DNA of 64,000 nucleotides from Malacoraja senta. Lineage: Eukaryota. Location of the stretch: contig CM075989.1 in the NCBI GenBank assembly GCA_038087875.1, forward strand, positions 2,852,001 through 2,916,000, read 5' to 3'. Made by a program: the position numbers and the translations under genes. The notes under the pieces are model-generated. The model was not told the DNA's origin. It saw only the letters and a program-made list of their open reading frames with translations, and made no database searches. Below, piece after piece: positions 12,101 to 24,572 of this stretch (positions are counted from its first letter, which is position 1; each line of letters starts with the position of its first letter).

Positions 12101-15100
12101 AATAGTAAGATTAAACGAGAACTTACCAAGTTTGAAGTTTGATCTTTATTTTATGAGGAGTTACGTTGGTGATTACGTGAAGAAGACCCGTCAGGGCGCA
12201 TGCGCGTCAATCTTCAAAGCAGCGGTATGAAATCACAGATAACACAATATTTGAAGTAACATATTAAGATGAGCAACATGAGAACTACCATATGACCTTT
12301 TTTATGAGAGAGGGTTGGGCGTGGCGGGCATGTAATCACCAACGTAACTCCTCATAAAATAAAGATCAAACTTCAAACTTGGTAAGTTCTCGTTTAATCT
12401 TACTATTTTACTTCGGAGTCACGTGAGTGATTACGTGAAGGGTTCAAAGCTCTGTGATTTTATGCCGCAGATCCAAATCCCGGCTTCTCACTGCATTGAT
12501 TGACTTTCGATGAGAAACAATCAATAATGCGTTAAACATGAAATGTGAATATCATGCAATAACAATTGATTTGAATAATCAAAACAACCAGTAACCCCTC
12601 TATCCCAGGGGAAACTAAACAGGACTTAATCCTGAATTTGCAAACAGCCTCTCGCCGATCGGCAATCAGCCGATAGTAAGATTTTTAAAAACAATTCATT
12701 TGACCACCCGGCACCTGTAAGAATATGGCCGATGTGAACATCCATCGCCCTAGCCGACGACGTTGCTGCTGCACTAGTGGAAAAGGATATATACGCTTCA
12801 GTGTTAATACCTGCCTGAATCAACATTTGCTTTAAACCACCTTGAGATAGTCTGCACTGACATTCTCCTATGTGGCTACATGTAACTAATAAACAATGCT
12901 GTTTCCACATTTCTTAAGGTCTTTATAGCTTCAATATAATGAAAATAAATGTGCCATTACACATAAACATGGATCCATAGTTTATGCTGAAACACAATTT
13001 TAACAAACCTGTGACACCTGGCCTGCTCTGCTTAAGCAGGACGCAATTATATATCATAACATTCTCTTCAGCAACTTCCATCCTGTCTAGCAGAAGTTTT
13101 TGCAAAATCTGCACTTGCTATGCTGAACCAATGCCAAGAGCATAACCACTTTCATGATTAGTTTGGCAAATTCAGAGACATGACAGGAACCTACTGTCGA
13201 AGCATCTTGAGGAACACACTTACATCGCAGATCACCATATACCTGGGTTTAGGAGGTTTCGAGTTGAAATTCCTTTCATCAATCCAGCTATGATATGATG
13301 AAACTCAATAGGATCTTTCCTGACCCCATCAAAACCATACGATGACAAAGCACTTAAACCTGTATTAATGGTGCTATTACTGAGCCCCTCATCATCATAG
13401 AGTGTCAACAGGATCTCTAAAATATCCACAATACCTTGCAGTACTATAGTCAATATTATTTTGTACACAATATTGCTCCCATTTTTAAAAATATTTTTTT
13501 TTACATAAGTAATATACCCCTTTTGAGTACTCTTTCTCCAGGCTACAGTGAGCATGTCCACCGTTCACCCAGACAGTCCTTGCTCCAGGTATGGCCTTCT
13601 TAAAACCTGCAAATTAACATGTCAATACTATCACATAACAGATGACTGTCCCGTGTTAGCGGATGCCAGTCAATTCCTACCCTTGGGAACCACCAAAAAG
13701 AGGTTGGATCCCTAACTGTAACATCAAAGGGAACCATGCTTGATTCGGCCAATTAGGTATTACAAGCACCCCCAAAGCGGCATCGTGCTTAATTTCTTGC
13801 AGACTCCGACCTATTAGGCAAACTGGTAGGAAAAATATATAAAACATACCACCCCAATGTAACGTCAAAGTATCAATTGCAACTGCCACCTGGTCTGGTT
13901 CCCATGAAACCTATTTAGGCTGCTGATGGTTGAACCTTGATGCAAAACAAATCGATATCTGGCATTCATATATAAGTACTATATTATTGAACACCTCCTG
14001 GTTCAACATCCAATCTATGTTGTCATGGAACTTTCGTGACTTGGCGTCTGCTACTATGTAGAATCTACCTGGTAGATAAATAGCTGAAATATCTTTTTCA
14101 ATGCACCAGGCCCAAATGTGATTAGCCAATCTGTCACAAAATACCGACTTGATTCCACCGATGTGATTAATATATATGGCATTTGCATAGTATTGTCAAT
14201 CTGAAACTGAACATGCAGATCACATTTGTTAGAGCAATAAGCCTCTTAATAGTTAATTGCCATGTCTGCAGAAGCGATGCCTCTTGCTCAGTCCATCTGC
14301 CTCCACAGCTGAAACTCGTATCTGTGACACCCCACCTGAGTGCACTGACATTCATCTGCAAAATCATGGAAGGCTGGTCAAGCATTACCTTGCTATAACT
14401 ACTGGACACATGGTGAATCCACCATTGCAAATCAGAAATAGCCTTTACTGATAACTGCATAGGTTTATTATAATGACCCGAATGTATCCTTAATGCCTCC
14501 ATTAGCTTGATACACCTGTCAACTAGCTCTACCCTTTTTTCCCTGGGCAGAGTCACTTAATTCAATCAATTGTGACCCAAATAGTTAGGTGTTAATTTGG
14601 ATTCCTCTGGATGAATAATGCCCAATCTTTGAATATTGGATTTAACAACCTGTTACTTCAGCTGTTCTCTTGGATACCCCAGTAATCAAGATATCATCGA
14701 GCTAAGCCATGAGCACCTGACCCTGGCCTCTCAGCATGCCTATTATAGGTTTTTAACAATTTTGTTGCCATAGTTGATCCATCCAGGTGAATTTCAAATA
14801 TCCTTATCCTGCAAATAAACAGACATTGAGTAATGCGCATCTTTAAGGTCTATAGTCGCCATATAGCATCCTCTTGACCCAGTTGCTTGGCAGTGACAAT
14901 TCCATCTTACAATGTCTATACTATATCCCCCATCCTTTTTTGGCCTGGGAAAATATTAGACACAAATTTATGGGGTTGGTGAACCAACTTTACCATTACA
15001 CCTTTATCACATAAGCTTCCAAGCGCAGTCTGAACATCCATCTGTTCTGTTAATGAAAACTGATAAGTTCTCCCAAGAACATGCTGAATGTGCAAATCAC

Positions 15101-17175
15101 AATTTGGATTGAAATCCATTCAAAACCTTTGAATAACACTCTGTATAAACAGAGCTAAGGTAATTTGCTTCCATTCATCCCAGAAACAGATGTAATGCAC
15201 CCCAGATTTAAGTTGTGTCACATTTGATATGTGCACCTGAGAACCAGGCCCACCTACCTCCTTGGTACCTGGTGGATGACGTTGTCCCCGGCTCCTGACG
15301 GGAAAGCTGATGTTTGACCATGTTCCCGCTTCGTTTGTAGGGGTACTTTCTTTTTTGGAAACTTGCCAACTGCCGGTGGCTTGATCAAGCCCACCGTCTT
15401 TGCCTCGTCACCCATGCCCTTGACACACTTGGCGTGGTCCTCTCCGAAGAGTAGGTTGGCCGGCTGAATGTTGCTAGGCTGGAAAAATACTGCAATCTTG
15501 GAATTAATGGTGGGGCGAATGGCACTTTCCCTGAGACAATTTATCTCAAAAATGGGTGCTACAAAGCAACCCTAGTACGTCTTGATGCGTCTCAGACACA
15601 TGCCCTCCATCAACCGTTCTCTCGAACGCCGTGATTCCTGAGCCAAGTAATTTTAGGATTCTCTGCAGCTTCATCTCCTGGGCACTGCACGCCCACGCCC
15701 ATCTGGCTCCATATCACCCGGTTCACTGCTGGCACCTTCAGCAACTCGCAGTTACCCCGGTCTCTTGGTGATTCCAGACTCTGACTGGACAGCGAATCGA
15801 AATGTCAGAGATGGGAAATCTGACAACGGCCGTCTTTGCTTTCCCAGTGGCACTCCACACTCTGACGGGACAGCGAATCGTGCTGCCAGAGAATGGACCT
15901 CTGACAACGGCCGTTCTTCGCTGGTCAACAAAGTCTCCGTCAGAGTCGGGTCAAAACTGAGCTGACCCTCTGCAAGCGCCTTTTAAATGAGGGTGCTATC
16001 CAGCAGGTAAACAAAAATGCTGGAGAAACTCAGCGGGTGCAGCAGCATCTATGGAGCGAAGGATATAGGTAACGTTTCGGGCCGAAACCCTTCTTCAGAC
16101 TGATAGGGGGTGGGGAGAAGAAAGGAAAAAAGGAAAAAGGCGGAGGAGGAGCCCGAGGGCTGGGGGAGGGGAGGAGACAACCAGATGGCTGATGAAGGGG
16201 AGGGGACGTGCTATCCAGCAGCCTCTATATCGTGGAGGCCAACTCTTCTCCCAGTGGCACTCCATACTCTGACGGGACAGCGAATCATGCTGCCAGAGAA
16301 TGGACCTCTGACAACGGCCGTTCTTCGCTAAGTTCCAAGTCTCCGTCAGAGTCGGGTTCAGAATTTAGCTGACCCTCTGCACTCACCTCATGCATGAGGG
16401 TGCTTTAAGCAGCCCTCTACCAGGTGCTGCCAGCGTGGCCTTTCTGCAGCCTACCGCCCACACAACTCCTCCCCCTGGAGTGTGCGTTTCTGGAGCAACC
16501 TCTGGATGAGGTGCTCCATTTGGGAGAACCGTTTTAAAACATCTCCAGCCCCGTACAGGCTCGTTGTGGCCCGACTCGGTTGAGTCCGAGGGGCTCCCAG
16601 ACTTCCCCGTGCCTAACGCCTGACAGGCGTTGGCTTTTTTGCTTTTTAGCACTGAGTCTGAAGTCGCCCCGCTCCCGGTCGGCGACTGTGCCGGGGTACG
16701 AGGCAGCCGCTCACAGACCGCATTCCCGCGGCTCTCCTATGCTTTACCTGCGGCTGCCCTCCCCCTGGTCGTCTTCATCATGGTGCTGCCTGTAATAAAA
16801 ATTACAGAGCCCCAGAAAAAAAGGAACTTGCCCCTCCAGCTATGTTTCTCACTTAGCTGGAGCTTTAAAACTATAAAAGTACTTTAAAAGTACTTGCTAC
16901 AGGAGGAGCTCTGTCCTCCCCTGCTTGTCTTCACCATGGTGCTGCCTGTGACAAAACACAGAGCACAGCACCACAGTAAAGGAAACTGTTTTACTCCAGC
17001 TAAGTTTCTCACTTAGCTGGAGCTTTAAAACTCTTTAAAAATACTCTAAAAGTACTTACCACGGGAGGAGCTCTGTCCTCCCGCTGTCCGTGCGCCAATG
17101 CGACCGACATAATGACGCGCATGTGCCCTGACGGGTCTTCTTCACGTAGTCACTAACGTGACTCCGAAGTAAAAT
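12101..17175 (-). mobile_element. Full-length decayed DIRS1-like tyrosine-recombinase retrotransposon
   Basis: Inverted terminal sequences (12173-12209 vs ~17113-17150); internal complementary region 12332-12440; remnants of YR ('FSTSAAATSSA...ILTGAGWSNELF'), methyltransferase-like domain ('FASRFNHQ', 'AIDTLTLHW', 'VIPNWPNQAWFP') and RT/RNase H ('DLQWW', 'ISAIYLPG...ADAKSR'). Confidence 0.9.
16007..16207 (-). mobile_element. Penelope terminal-repeat fragment inserted in the DIRS gag region
   Basis: 14-bp TSD gtgctatccagcag (15993-16006 / 16208-16221); hammerhead motif CTGAAGAAGGGTTTCGGCCCGAAACGTT on the minus strand. Confidence 0.8.
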
Positions 17176-20084
17176 TGGATTTTTACTATATATTGTATTC
17201 TTCAATTTTGTTGGTGAGAGAAGGATCGCTCCTATATTAAAAGGGGAACAATCCTCTCTCTCCATTACTATCCAATCCACCTGCTGGGCCGAATTGTCCA
17301 ACAGGTGAATCATATTTTTGACATTTGCGGCCCAATAATAATACAAAAAATTAGGGAGTGTTAATCCGCCAAATTCTTTAGGTTTGCACAAATGTCTTCT
17401 TTGAATTCTATGGGATTTATAGTCCCATATAAAATTTGTGATATCAGCATCCAGTTTAAAAAAAAAATTGGGGTAAGTATATGGAATAGATTGGAATAGA
17501 TATAAAATTTGTGGTAAAAAAATCATTTTTATAGCATTTATTCGGCCTATTAGAGACATCGGAATAGTTTTCCAAAATTTAATCAGTATGTTTAGTATAT
17601 TGAGTAAGGGCATATAGTTTGCATTAAATAAAGATTTATATTTTCTAGTAATTTCAATTCCCAAATATTTGAATTTTTCTGAAGCAATTTTAAAAGGGAA
17701 TTTTAACAGGTGTGTTGAGTCTTGAGGTTTTATCGTCATAATTTCACTTTTATTCCAATTTATTCTATATCCTGAAAAGGATCCAAATTCCTCTATTAGA
17801 TTTAATATATTTGGTATACTGATTTGTGATTTTGTAATATATAATAGTACATCATCTGCATATAATGATATTTTATTATTTGAATATATTGTATTATAAC
17901 CATGGATATTCGGATGTATTCTAATACTTTTACCGCTAACGGTTCTATTACAAGAGCAAATAGCAGAGGTGATAATGAACATCCCTGTCTATTTCCCCTT
18001 GATAATTGAAATTTTGGGACAACATATTATTAGTTAATATTCTGTCAGTAGGCCTGCCATATAATAGTTTAACCCAAGCGATAAAATTCTCTCCCATTTG
18101 AAATTTTTGCAATACTATAACAAGGTAATCCCATTCCACTTGATCGAATGCTTTTTCTGCGTCCAATGAAATAATTGATAAGTCTTGTTCTTCGGTTTTA
18201 TATGAATGCATTATATTAAACAGACGTCTCAGATTGTTGCATGAGGATCTCTTGGGTATAAACCCCGTTTAATCCGCATTTATTAATTTACTAACATATT
18301 TACTTAATCTATTAATCCTTTCTGATAAGGGTTCATATGTAAAATGTTTCCAAAATTTTGGTTTGATGTGGTAGTGGAAAAAGGGGTAGAGTAGCCTTCA
18401 AAAAATGTCTAATTTGTAAATGTCTAAAAAAGTGTGAATTAGGTAAATTATATTTATTGGAGAGTTGTTCGAAAGACATAAAACAACCCTCCAAAAACAA
18501 ATCACTAAAAGCTACTAATCCCTTCCTCTTCCATGACAAAAAGACTTGATCAGTACTAGAAGGTTGGAAGAGAAAATTGGATAAGATAGGACTCGATAAA
18601 ATAAAATCATTTAGTCCAAAAACTTACGAAATTGAAACCATATTCGGAACGTATGTCTTATTATTGGGTTAATCGTATATTTATTCAATCTCGTCATTGT
18701 TAAAGGTAACGAGGCCCCTATAATAGAAGCCAATGATAGCCCTTGTAAGGAATCACGTTCAAGGTTTATCCATCCTGGTCATTGGGTATCTTCTAAATCT
18801 TTTGTCCAAAATGATAAATTACGAACATTGACTGCCCAATAGTAGAATCTAAGGTTCGGCAATGCCAAACCACCATCTTTTTTTGATTTCTGTAAGTATT
18901 TTTTACTTAGTTTGGAATTTTTATTCTGCCATATGTATCGTCTGAAATAAATACAGAAATGTAGGTAAAATGAACATTTTAATAGCATTGATTCGGCCAA
19001 TTAAGGATAAGGACATTGGTGACCATTTAGTAAGCTGATGTTTAATATGGTTAATTAAAGGCATAAAATTAGCTTTAAATAAATCCTTGTGTTTCTTGGC
19101 GATCTTAATACCTTAATAAGTAAAACTTTCGGTGGAAACTGTCCATAATTCGAAACAAGATTATTTAATGGAAAAAGCTCACTCTTACTAAGGTTTAGTT
19201 CATAACCAGAAAAACTACTAAATTGATTAAGTAATGCTACTATTGCCGGAATAGATTTCTCAGGGTTAGAAATGAATAATAACAGATCATCTGCATAAAG
19301 AGATAGCTTATGTGTCTTATTCCCACAGACAATACCAAAAATATTAGGGGATTCCCTAATAGCGGTGGCTAAAGGTTCCAAAGCAATATAAAATAGTAAA
19401 GGACTTAAGGGACAGCCCTGTCTAGTGCCTCGAAAGAACCTGAAAAAAGGGGATATCTGATTATTAGTAAATACAGAAGCCTGAGGTATATGATATATCA
19501 GCTTGATCCAAGAAATACATTTTGGACCAATCTTAAATTTGTCAAGTGTATTGAATAAGTATTCCCATTCTACTCTATCAAACGCCTTCTCGGCATCGAG
19601 TGAGATTACACATTCTGGGGTTTTATTTGACGCTGCATATACAATATTCATTAATCTAACGTTAAAGTATGAGTAACGATTTATAATAAAACCTGTCTGA
19701 TCTTCAGAGATAATTTGCGGTAAAATATTTTCCAATCTCATAGCTAATATTTTGGAATGAATTTTGAAATCTACATTTAACATTGATATAGGTCTATATG
19801 ATGTCACTTCAGTAGGGTCTTTATCTTTTTTAAGGTACATCTTGAACATCTCAGTTCTAGTTATTATTGTGAACACTGCCCAGTCCATCATGGGTTCTGA
19901 CCTCCCCCACCATCGAAGGGATTTACTGGAGTTTCTGCCTCAAAAAGGCAGCCAGCATCATCAGAGATCCACACCACCCTGGCCACGCACTCATTTCACC
20001 CTTGCCATCAGGAAGAAGGTACAGCAGCCTGAAAACTGACGGTACAGGAGCCTGAAAACTGTAACATCCCAAGTTCGGGAACAG

Positions 20085-20087
<3 letters not shown>

Positions 20088-20120
<33 letters not shown>
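20088..20120. repeat. (TA)n microsatellite
   Basis: Directly visible. Confidence 0.95.
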
Positions 20121-20122
<2 letters not shown>

Positions 20123-20394
20123 CACAAAAAGCTGGTGTAACTCAGCAGGACAGGCGGCATCTCTGGAGAGAAGAAATGGGTGACAATTGGGATCGAAACC
20201 CTTCTTCCAGTTTGAAGAGATGCTTCCTGTCCTGCTGATTTACTGTGGTATTTTGTGTCTATCTTCGGTTTAAACTAGCATCTGCAGTTCCTTCCTTCCT
20301 ATATATACGGAATGTATAAGTGAGTATGTGTAGATATACACACAGATTTTGCCACAGAAGGCTGTGGAGGCCAAGTCAATGGATATATATATAT

Positions 20395-21467
20395 ATATTT
20401 TTTTGATTAATATTTTTATTAGAAGCAAACATATTATAAGATATGGTAACATATTATAATAGAAATAAAAACTTTTCATATACATCAATCATACATTATT
20501 AAAATTGTCAATTGTCGATTAATTCTGCTTCTAGTGTTTTTTTTTATATAGATAGAAAAAGAAAGATAGAAAGAAAAAAGCATTACAAATATCATGAGAA
20601 AAAAAAAAGGTGGAATTAATTACTTATAATACGTCTTTGGAGATAAGTTCGTAGGTTATGAAATATATTCAAGCTTCAGTTGGGTTTTCGTGCTGGGCCC
20701 ATCTATCCCTTCAAATAGTTAATGAATGGAGCCCATATTTTAACAAAAAGTTCTTGTTTGTCCATTAAGACAAGTCTAATTCTTTCTAGATGTAGGGTCT
20801 CCGACATTTCCACAATCCACATTTTAATTGTGGGGTTTATAGGACCTTTCCAAAATTTTAATATTAATTTTTTCCCAGTTATTATACTGTAGTCAAGGAA
20901 GTTTCTTTGGTTTGTTGTAAGTGTTAAACTTTGTTCTGATATCCCAAGTATTATTAATTTTGAGTCTGGATCCAATTTTGTATTAACAACTTCAGAAACT
21001 ATTTCAAAAATATCAATCCAGAAGTTTTTAATTTGTATACAATTGGCAAAAGTATGTGTTAAATTGGCCTCTAGATGTAGGCATTTATCACAGATAGAAG
21101 AAATATGTGGGAAGATTCTATTTAGTTTTATTTTGGAATAATGTAATCTGTGTAAGACTTTAAATTGTATTAAAGCGTGTCTGGCATTTAACGAGCATTG
21201 ATGTGTTTGTTGTAAACTTTCGTCCCAAATGTCTTTCGTTATAGAGTGACCTAACTCATTTTCCCATGTGTGTCTAGATAGTTCCATCGGTGGTACCTCA
21301 TTGTTTAAGAGGGTGTTATAAATATAAGCTATTCATTTTTCAGTGTTAGGATGCTTATTCAAACATTCATCAAGAATTTCTGGTTCCCTAGTCCTATATA
21401 CTTGTGTATTAGATTTAACATAATCCCTAATTTGTAGATATCTAAAAAAATTATTTGAGTGTAGTCC
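20395..21467 (-). mobile_element. L1-clade 3' fragment (L1-C) inserted in a CR1
   Basis: ORF 20703-21287 'HALIQFKVLHRLHYS...CDKC...HTFANC'; atggatat duplicated at both ends; CR1 sequence resumes at ~21470. Confidence 0.85.
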
Positions 21468-21616
21468 ATGGATATTTTAAGGTGGAGATTGACAGATTCT
21501 TGATTAGTCAGAGTGTCAGTGGATGTGGGAATAAGGCAGGAGAATGGGGTTGACAGGGAGAGATAAATCAGCCATGATTGAATGGCGGAGTAGACTTGAT
21601 GAGCTAAAAAGCCTAA

Positions 21617-21957
21617 TGGGCCTGTCCCACTTACGCCACTTTTTCAGCGACAGCCGGCATCCGTCATAGGTCGTTGCAGGTCGCTGAAAATGTTCAACAT
21701 GTTGAAAATCCAGCGGCGACCAGAACAAGGTACGACTCTTTGGTCGACTACTCACGACCATACAGGCTTCACCCCGCGACATGTCGCCAGGGCGTCGCTT
21801 GTATGGTCGTGAGTCGTCTCCTCAGTCGCCCAAAGAGTCGTAGCGTCTTTCTGGTCGCCGCTGGATTTTCAACATGTTAAAAAATTTCGGCGACCTGCAA
21901 CGACCAAAGACGGGTGTTGGCAGTCGTGGAAAAAGTGGCGTAAGTGGGACAGGCCCA
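21617..21957. mobile_element. PIF/Harbinger-type MITE
   Basis: TIR tgggcctgtcccacttacgccactttt; TAA TSD at 21614-21616 / 21958-21960; almost wholly palindromic. Confidence 0.85.
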
Positions 21958-22477
21958 TAACTCTTTCTCATTTATTATATTGTTTACAGTGTACTATGTT
22001 CACATATTCCGTTGTGCCGCTGTAAGTAAGAATTTCATTGTTCCATCTGGGACATATGACAATAAAACATCTTGATTCTATTAGAAAGAAAACAGCAGAG
22101 TTTGGTATGGGGTGTAAGGGTTCTATCCAAGGCCAGAAGGTTTTTTGCCACTTCGGTATTTTAGCAAGGCTGTTATTTCCCTCTGTTAGTCTCTGATCCC
22201 ACTCAGATCCCTTGCTTCAGGTAGAGCAACGGCTAGCTAGTGAAGAGTCAAGAGTGTTTGATTGTCATAAATATTGACAACAGAATAATGAAATTCAGAT
22301 TTGCAGCAGCTCCATGGGCCCATTAATACAATATACACTAATTAAATGTAAAATAAAAAAACAATAAATTAAAAACCATAATACCCATTATACTGCAAAA
22401 ATCAAGGTCTGTAGTGCAACCAAAGACACTATCCATAGAAGTTCATAGCTGCTGAGATTATATATATTTTTTTACAG

Positions 22478-22762
22478 TTTAGAGATACAGCGTGGTAACA
22501 GGATCCTTCGGTCCACCAGAGTCCGCACCGCCCCGCGATCCCCATACACTAGCACTATCCTACACACACTAGGGACAGATTACAATGTTACCAACCTGTA
22601 CATCTTTGGAGTGTGGGAGGAAACCGGACCACCCAGAGTAAACCAACGCAGGTCACGGGGAGAACGTACAAACTCCGTACAGACAGCACCGTAGTAGTCA
22701 CGATCGAACCAGACTTGTTGGCGCTGTAATGCAGTGACTCTACCGCTGCACCACCATGCCGC
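22478..22762 (-). mobile_element. HE1/V-SINE-like SINE
   Basis: Reverse complement of the family sequence. Confidence 0.8.
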
Positions 22763-23511
22763 CCCTTCTCATCTTCTTCAAGACACACCCCAATAAGCAA
22801 GAACAATGATGCAGCTCAATGTTAATAGTCGCACTGGAACGAGTACTGTCTGGAAAAGAATGAACATGGTTTCCATGTTAGTAAAATAAAAAATGGAGAT
22901 GAAGACACTAGAAAACATAGAACATAGAACATAGAAAAATACATGCAGGAGTAGGCCATTTGGCCCCTTGAGCCAGCACTGACATTCAATATGATCATGG
23001 CTGATCATCTAAAATCAGTATCCTGTTCCTGCTTTTCCCCATATCCCTTGATTCCTTTAGCCCTAAGAGCTAAATCTAACTCTCTCTTGACTGCTGATAT
23101 CCCCAATATTTCCAGTTTTTAGTAAAACACAAAGTGTCGGAGTAACCAGGAGTAACCTAGGAACGGTAGATACTGGAGTCTGGAGTAAAACAGTGCTGGA
23201 GCGAGAAGGAGGGTCCCAGCCTAATAGAAGGGTCCTGATTCGAAATGTTGCCTATCCATTCAAGATTCAAGAGTCAAGATTCATGTCTTTAATTGTCATA
23301 TGTACAAACATGGAACAATGTCATTATTATCGAGTCCACACACAAGATTAGAAGTTGTTTCAGCCAGAGCTGAACACACTTCTCGGCATCTGCATACAAT
23401 GGTGTCCGTCTTGTCACTTGAAACCATGTTCAATGCAGCAGCACAACGGGTCTGCAAACATAGTTCTCAATAGATTTTTAAAAAACTAATAAATAAATAA
23501 ATAAATAAAAC

Positions 23512-24240
23512 AAGAGGCAGCAGCCCCAGCAGTCCATCTGTCCTTTAAAAAAATAAAATTGTCCTGTTTAATGTAGTTTGCTGTGTTTTTTTTATTTTTG
23601 ACTGTGTATATGTGGGCGGCAGGGGTGGGGGGGGGACTTTTAAATCTCTTCCCTGTACGGGAGTCCCGACCTTTTCCCTGTCGGGTCTCCATTGTCGTTG
23701 GGGCCTAGCACCGTGGAGCGGTCTCCAGCCGGAACAACCTGGGAGCTCCAGCCGCGGAGCCTGCAGACCTACCATCATGGAGCTGGCCGGCCTCGGAGCG
23801 TGGAGAGCTGTGGTGGCGCGCAGCTGTGACCGGACTTCGGAGCTTCGGAGGCTCCACCTGCAGGCCTGTGGACGGTGGCATCGGGAGCTCGCGGGTCCCT
23901 GGTGGGAGACCGCTTTTCGGCGCTCTCGCGGCGGCAGCTTCTCCCGCCCGAGTTGCTGCGCTGAGAGCGGTCCAGAGCGGGGGCCCGACATCGCCCGGCG
24001 CGGCTTTAATGGCCGCGGGACTTACCATCGCCCGCCGGGGTCTTTAACGTCAAGAGAGGATGGAGAACAGGGGAGAGACAAGACTTTGCCTTCCATCACA
24101 GTGAGGAGGAGACTCACTGTGATGGATGTCTGTGTGAATTGAGTTTGGTTGTGTGTCTTGTAAAATTGTTTTTTTTTGTTGTACGGCTGCAGAAACCAAA
24201 GTTCCTAACAGAAAAATAAAGTTCATTGGATTGTATAACA
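23512..24240 (+). mobile_element. GC-rich non-autonomous element (same family as 24573-25265)
   Basis: Shares 'gggtccctggtgggagaccgcttttcgg', 'ggctttaatggccgcggga' and 'ttgccttccatcacag' with the neighbouring copy. Confidence 0.6.
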
Positions 24241-24572
24241 AGACAAACAAAAATGTTTTTAACAAATTAAAAAATATATGAATGCAAAAGAAAACAAAAG
24301 CACAAACTCCCTCGTGCAACCAAGGCAATTTGGAGCTTGGAGTATACTTGGTGTTTGTAGTGTTCAATAGCCTGATGGTTGTTGGGAAGAAGCTCTTCCT
24401 GAACCTGGAGGTCACAGTGTGACCTGCTGGGTTACTGCGACTCCTAGTGTTTTACTAAAAACTGGAAATATTGGGGATATCAGCAGGTCAGCTCTGACGA
24501 AGGATCTTTGAGATAAAATGTTAACTCTGATTCTCTCTCTCCTCAGCTTTCAAGCAGGTTCTATTATTGTTT

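Larger units (their letters stand above)
10110..18309 (-). mobile_element. 5'-truncated L1-clade LINE (L1-B), hosting a DIRS and a GC-rich element
   Basis: RT 17056-18211 (SLDAEKAFDQVEW, YADD), C-terminus 10490-10996; the reading frame 'KNPI|IHSTIRIWKQIK' rejoins across the DIRS. Confidence 0.85.
8985..19836 (-). mobile_element. 5'-truncated L1-clade LINE (L1-A), split by a nested insertion at 10110-18309
   Basis: ORF2 pieces: RT 19055-19891 (SLDAEKAFDRVEW, RQGCPLSP, YADD) and C-terminal CCHC 9463-10080 (CDRC...HMFWSC); A-rich tail near 8985; 14-bp TSD tattaatcctttct at 10096-10109 / 18310-18323. Confidence 0.85.
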
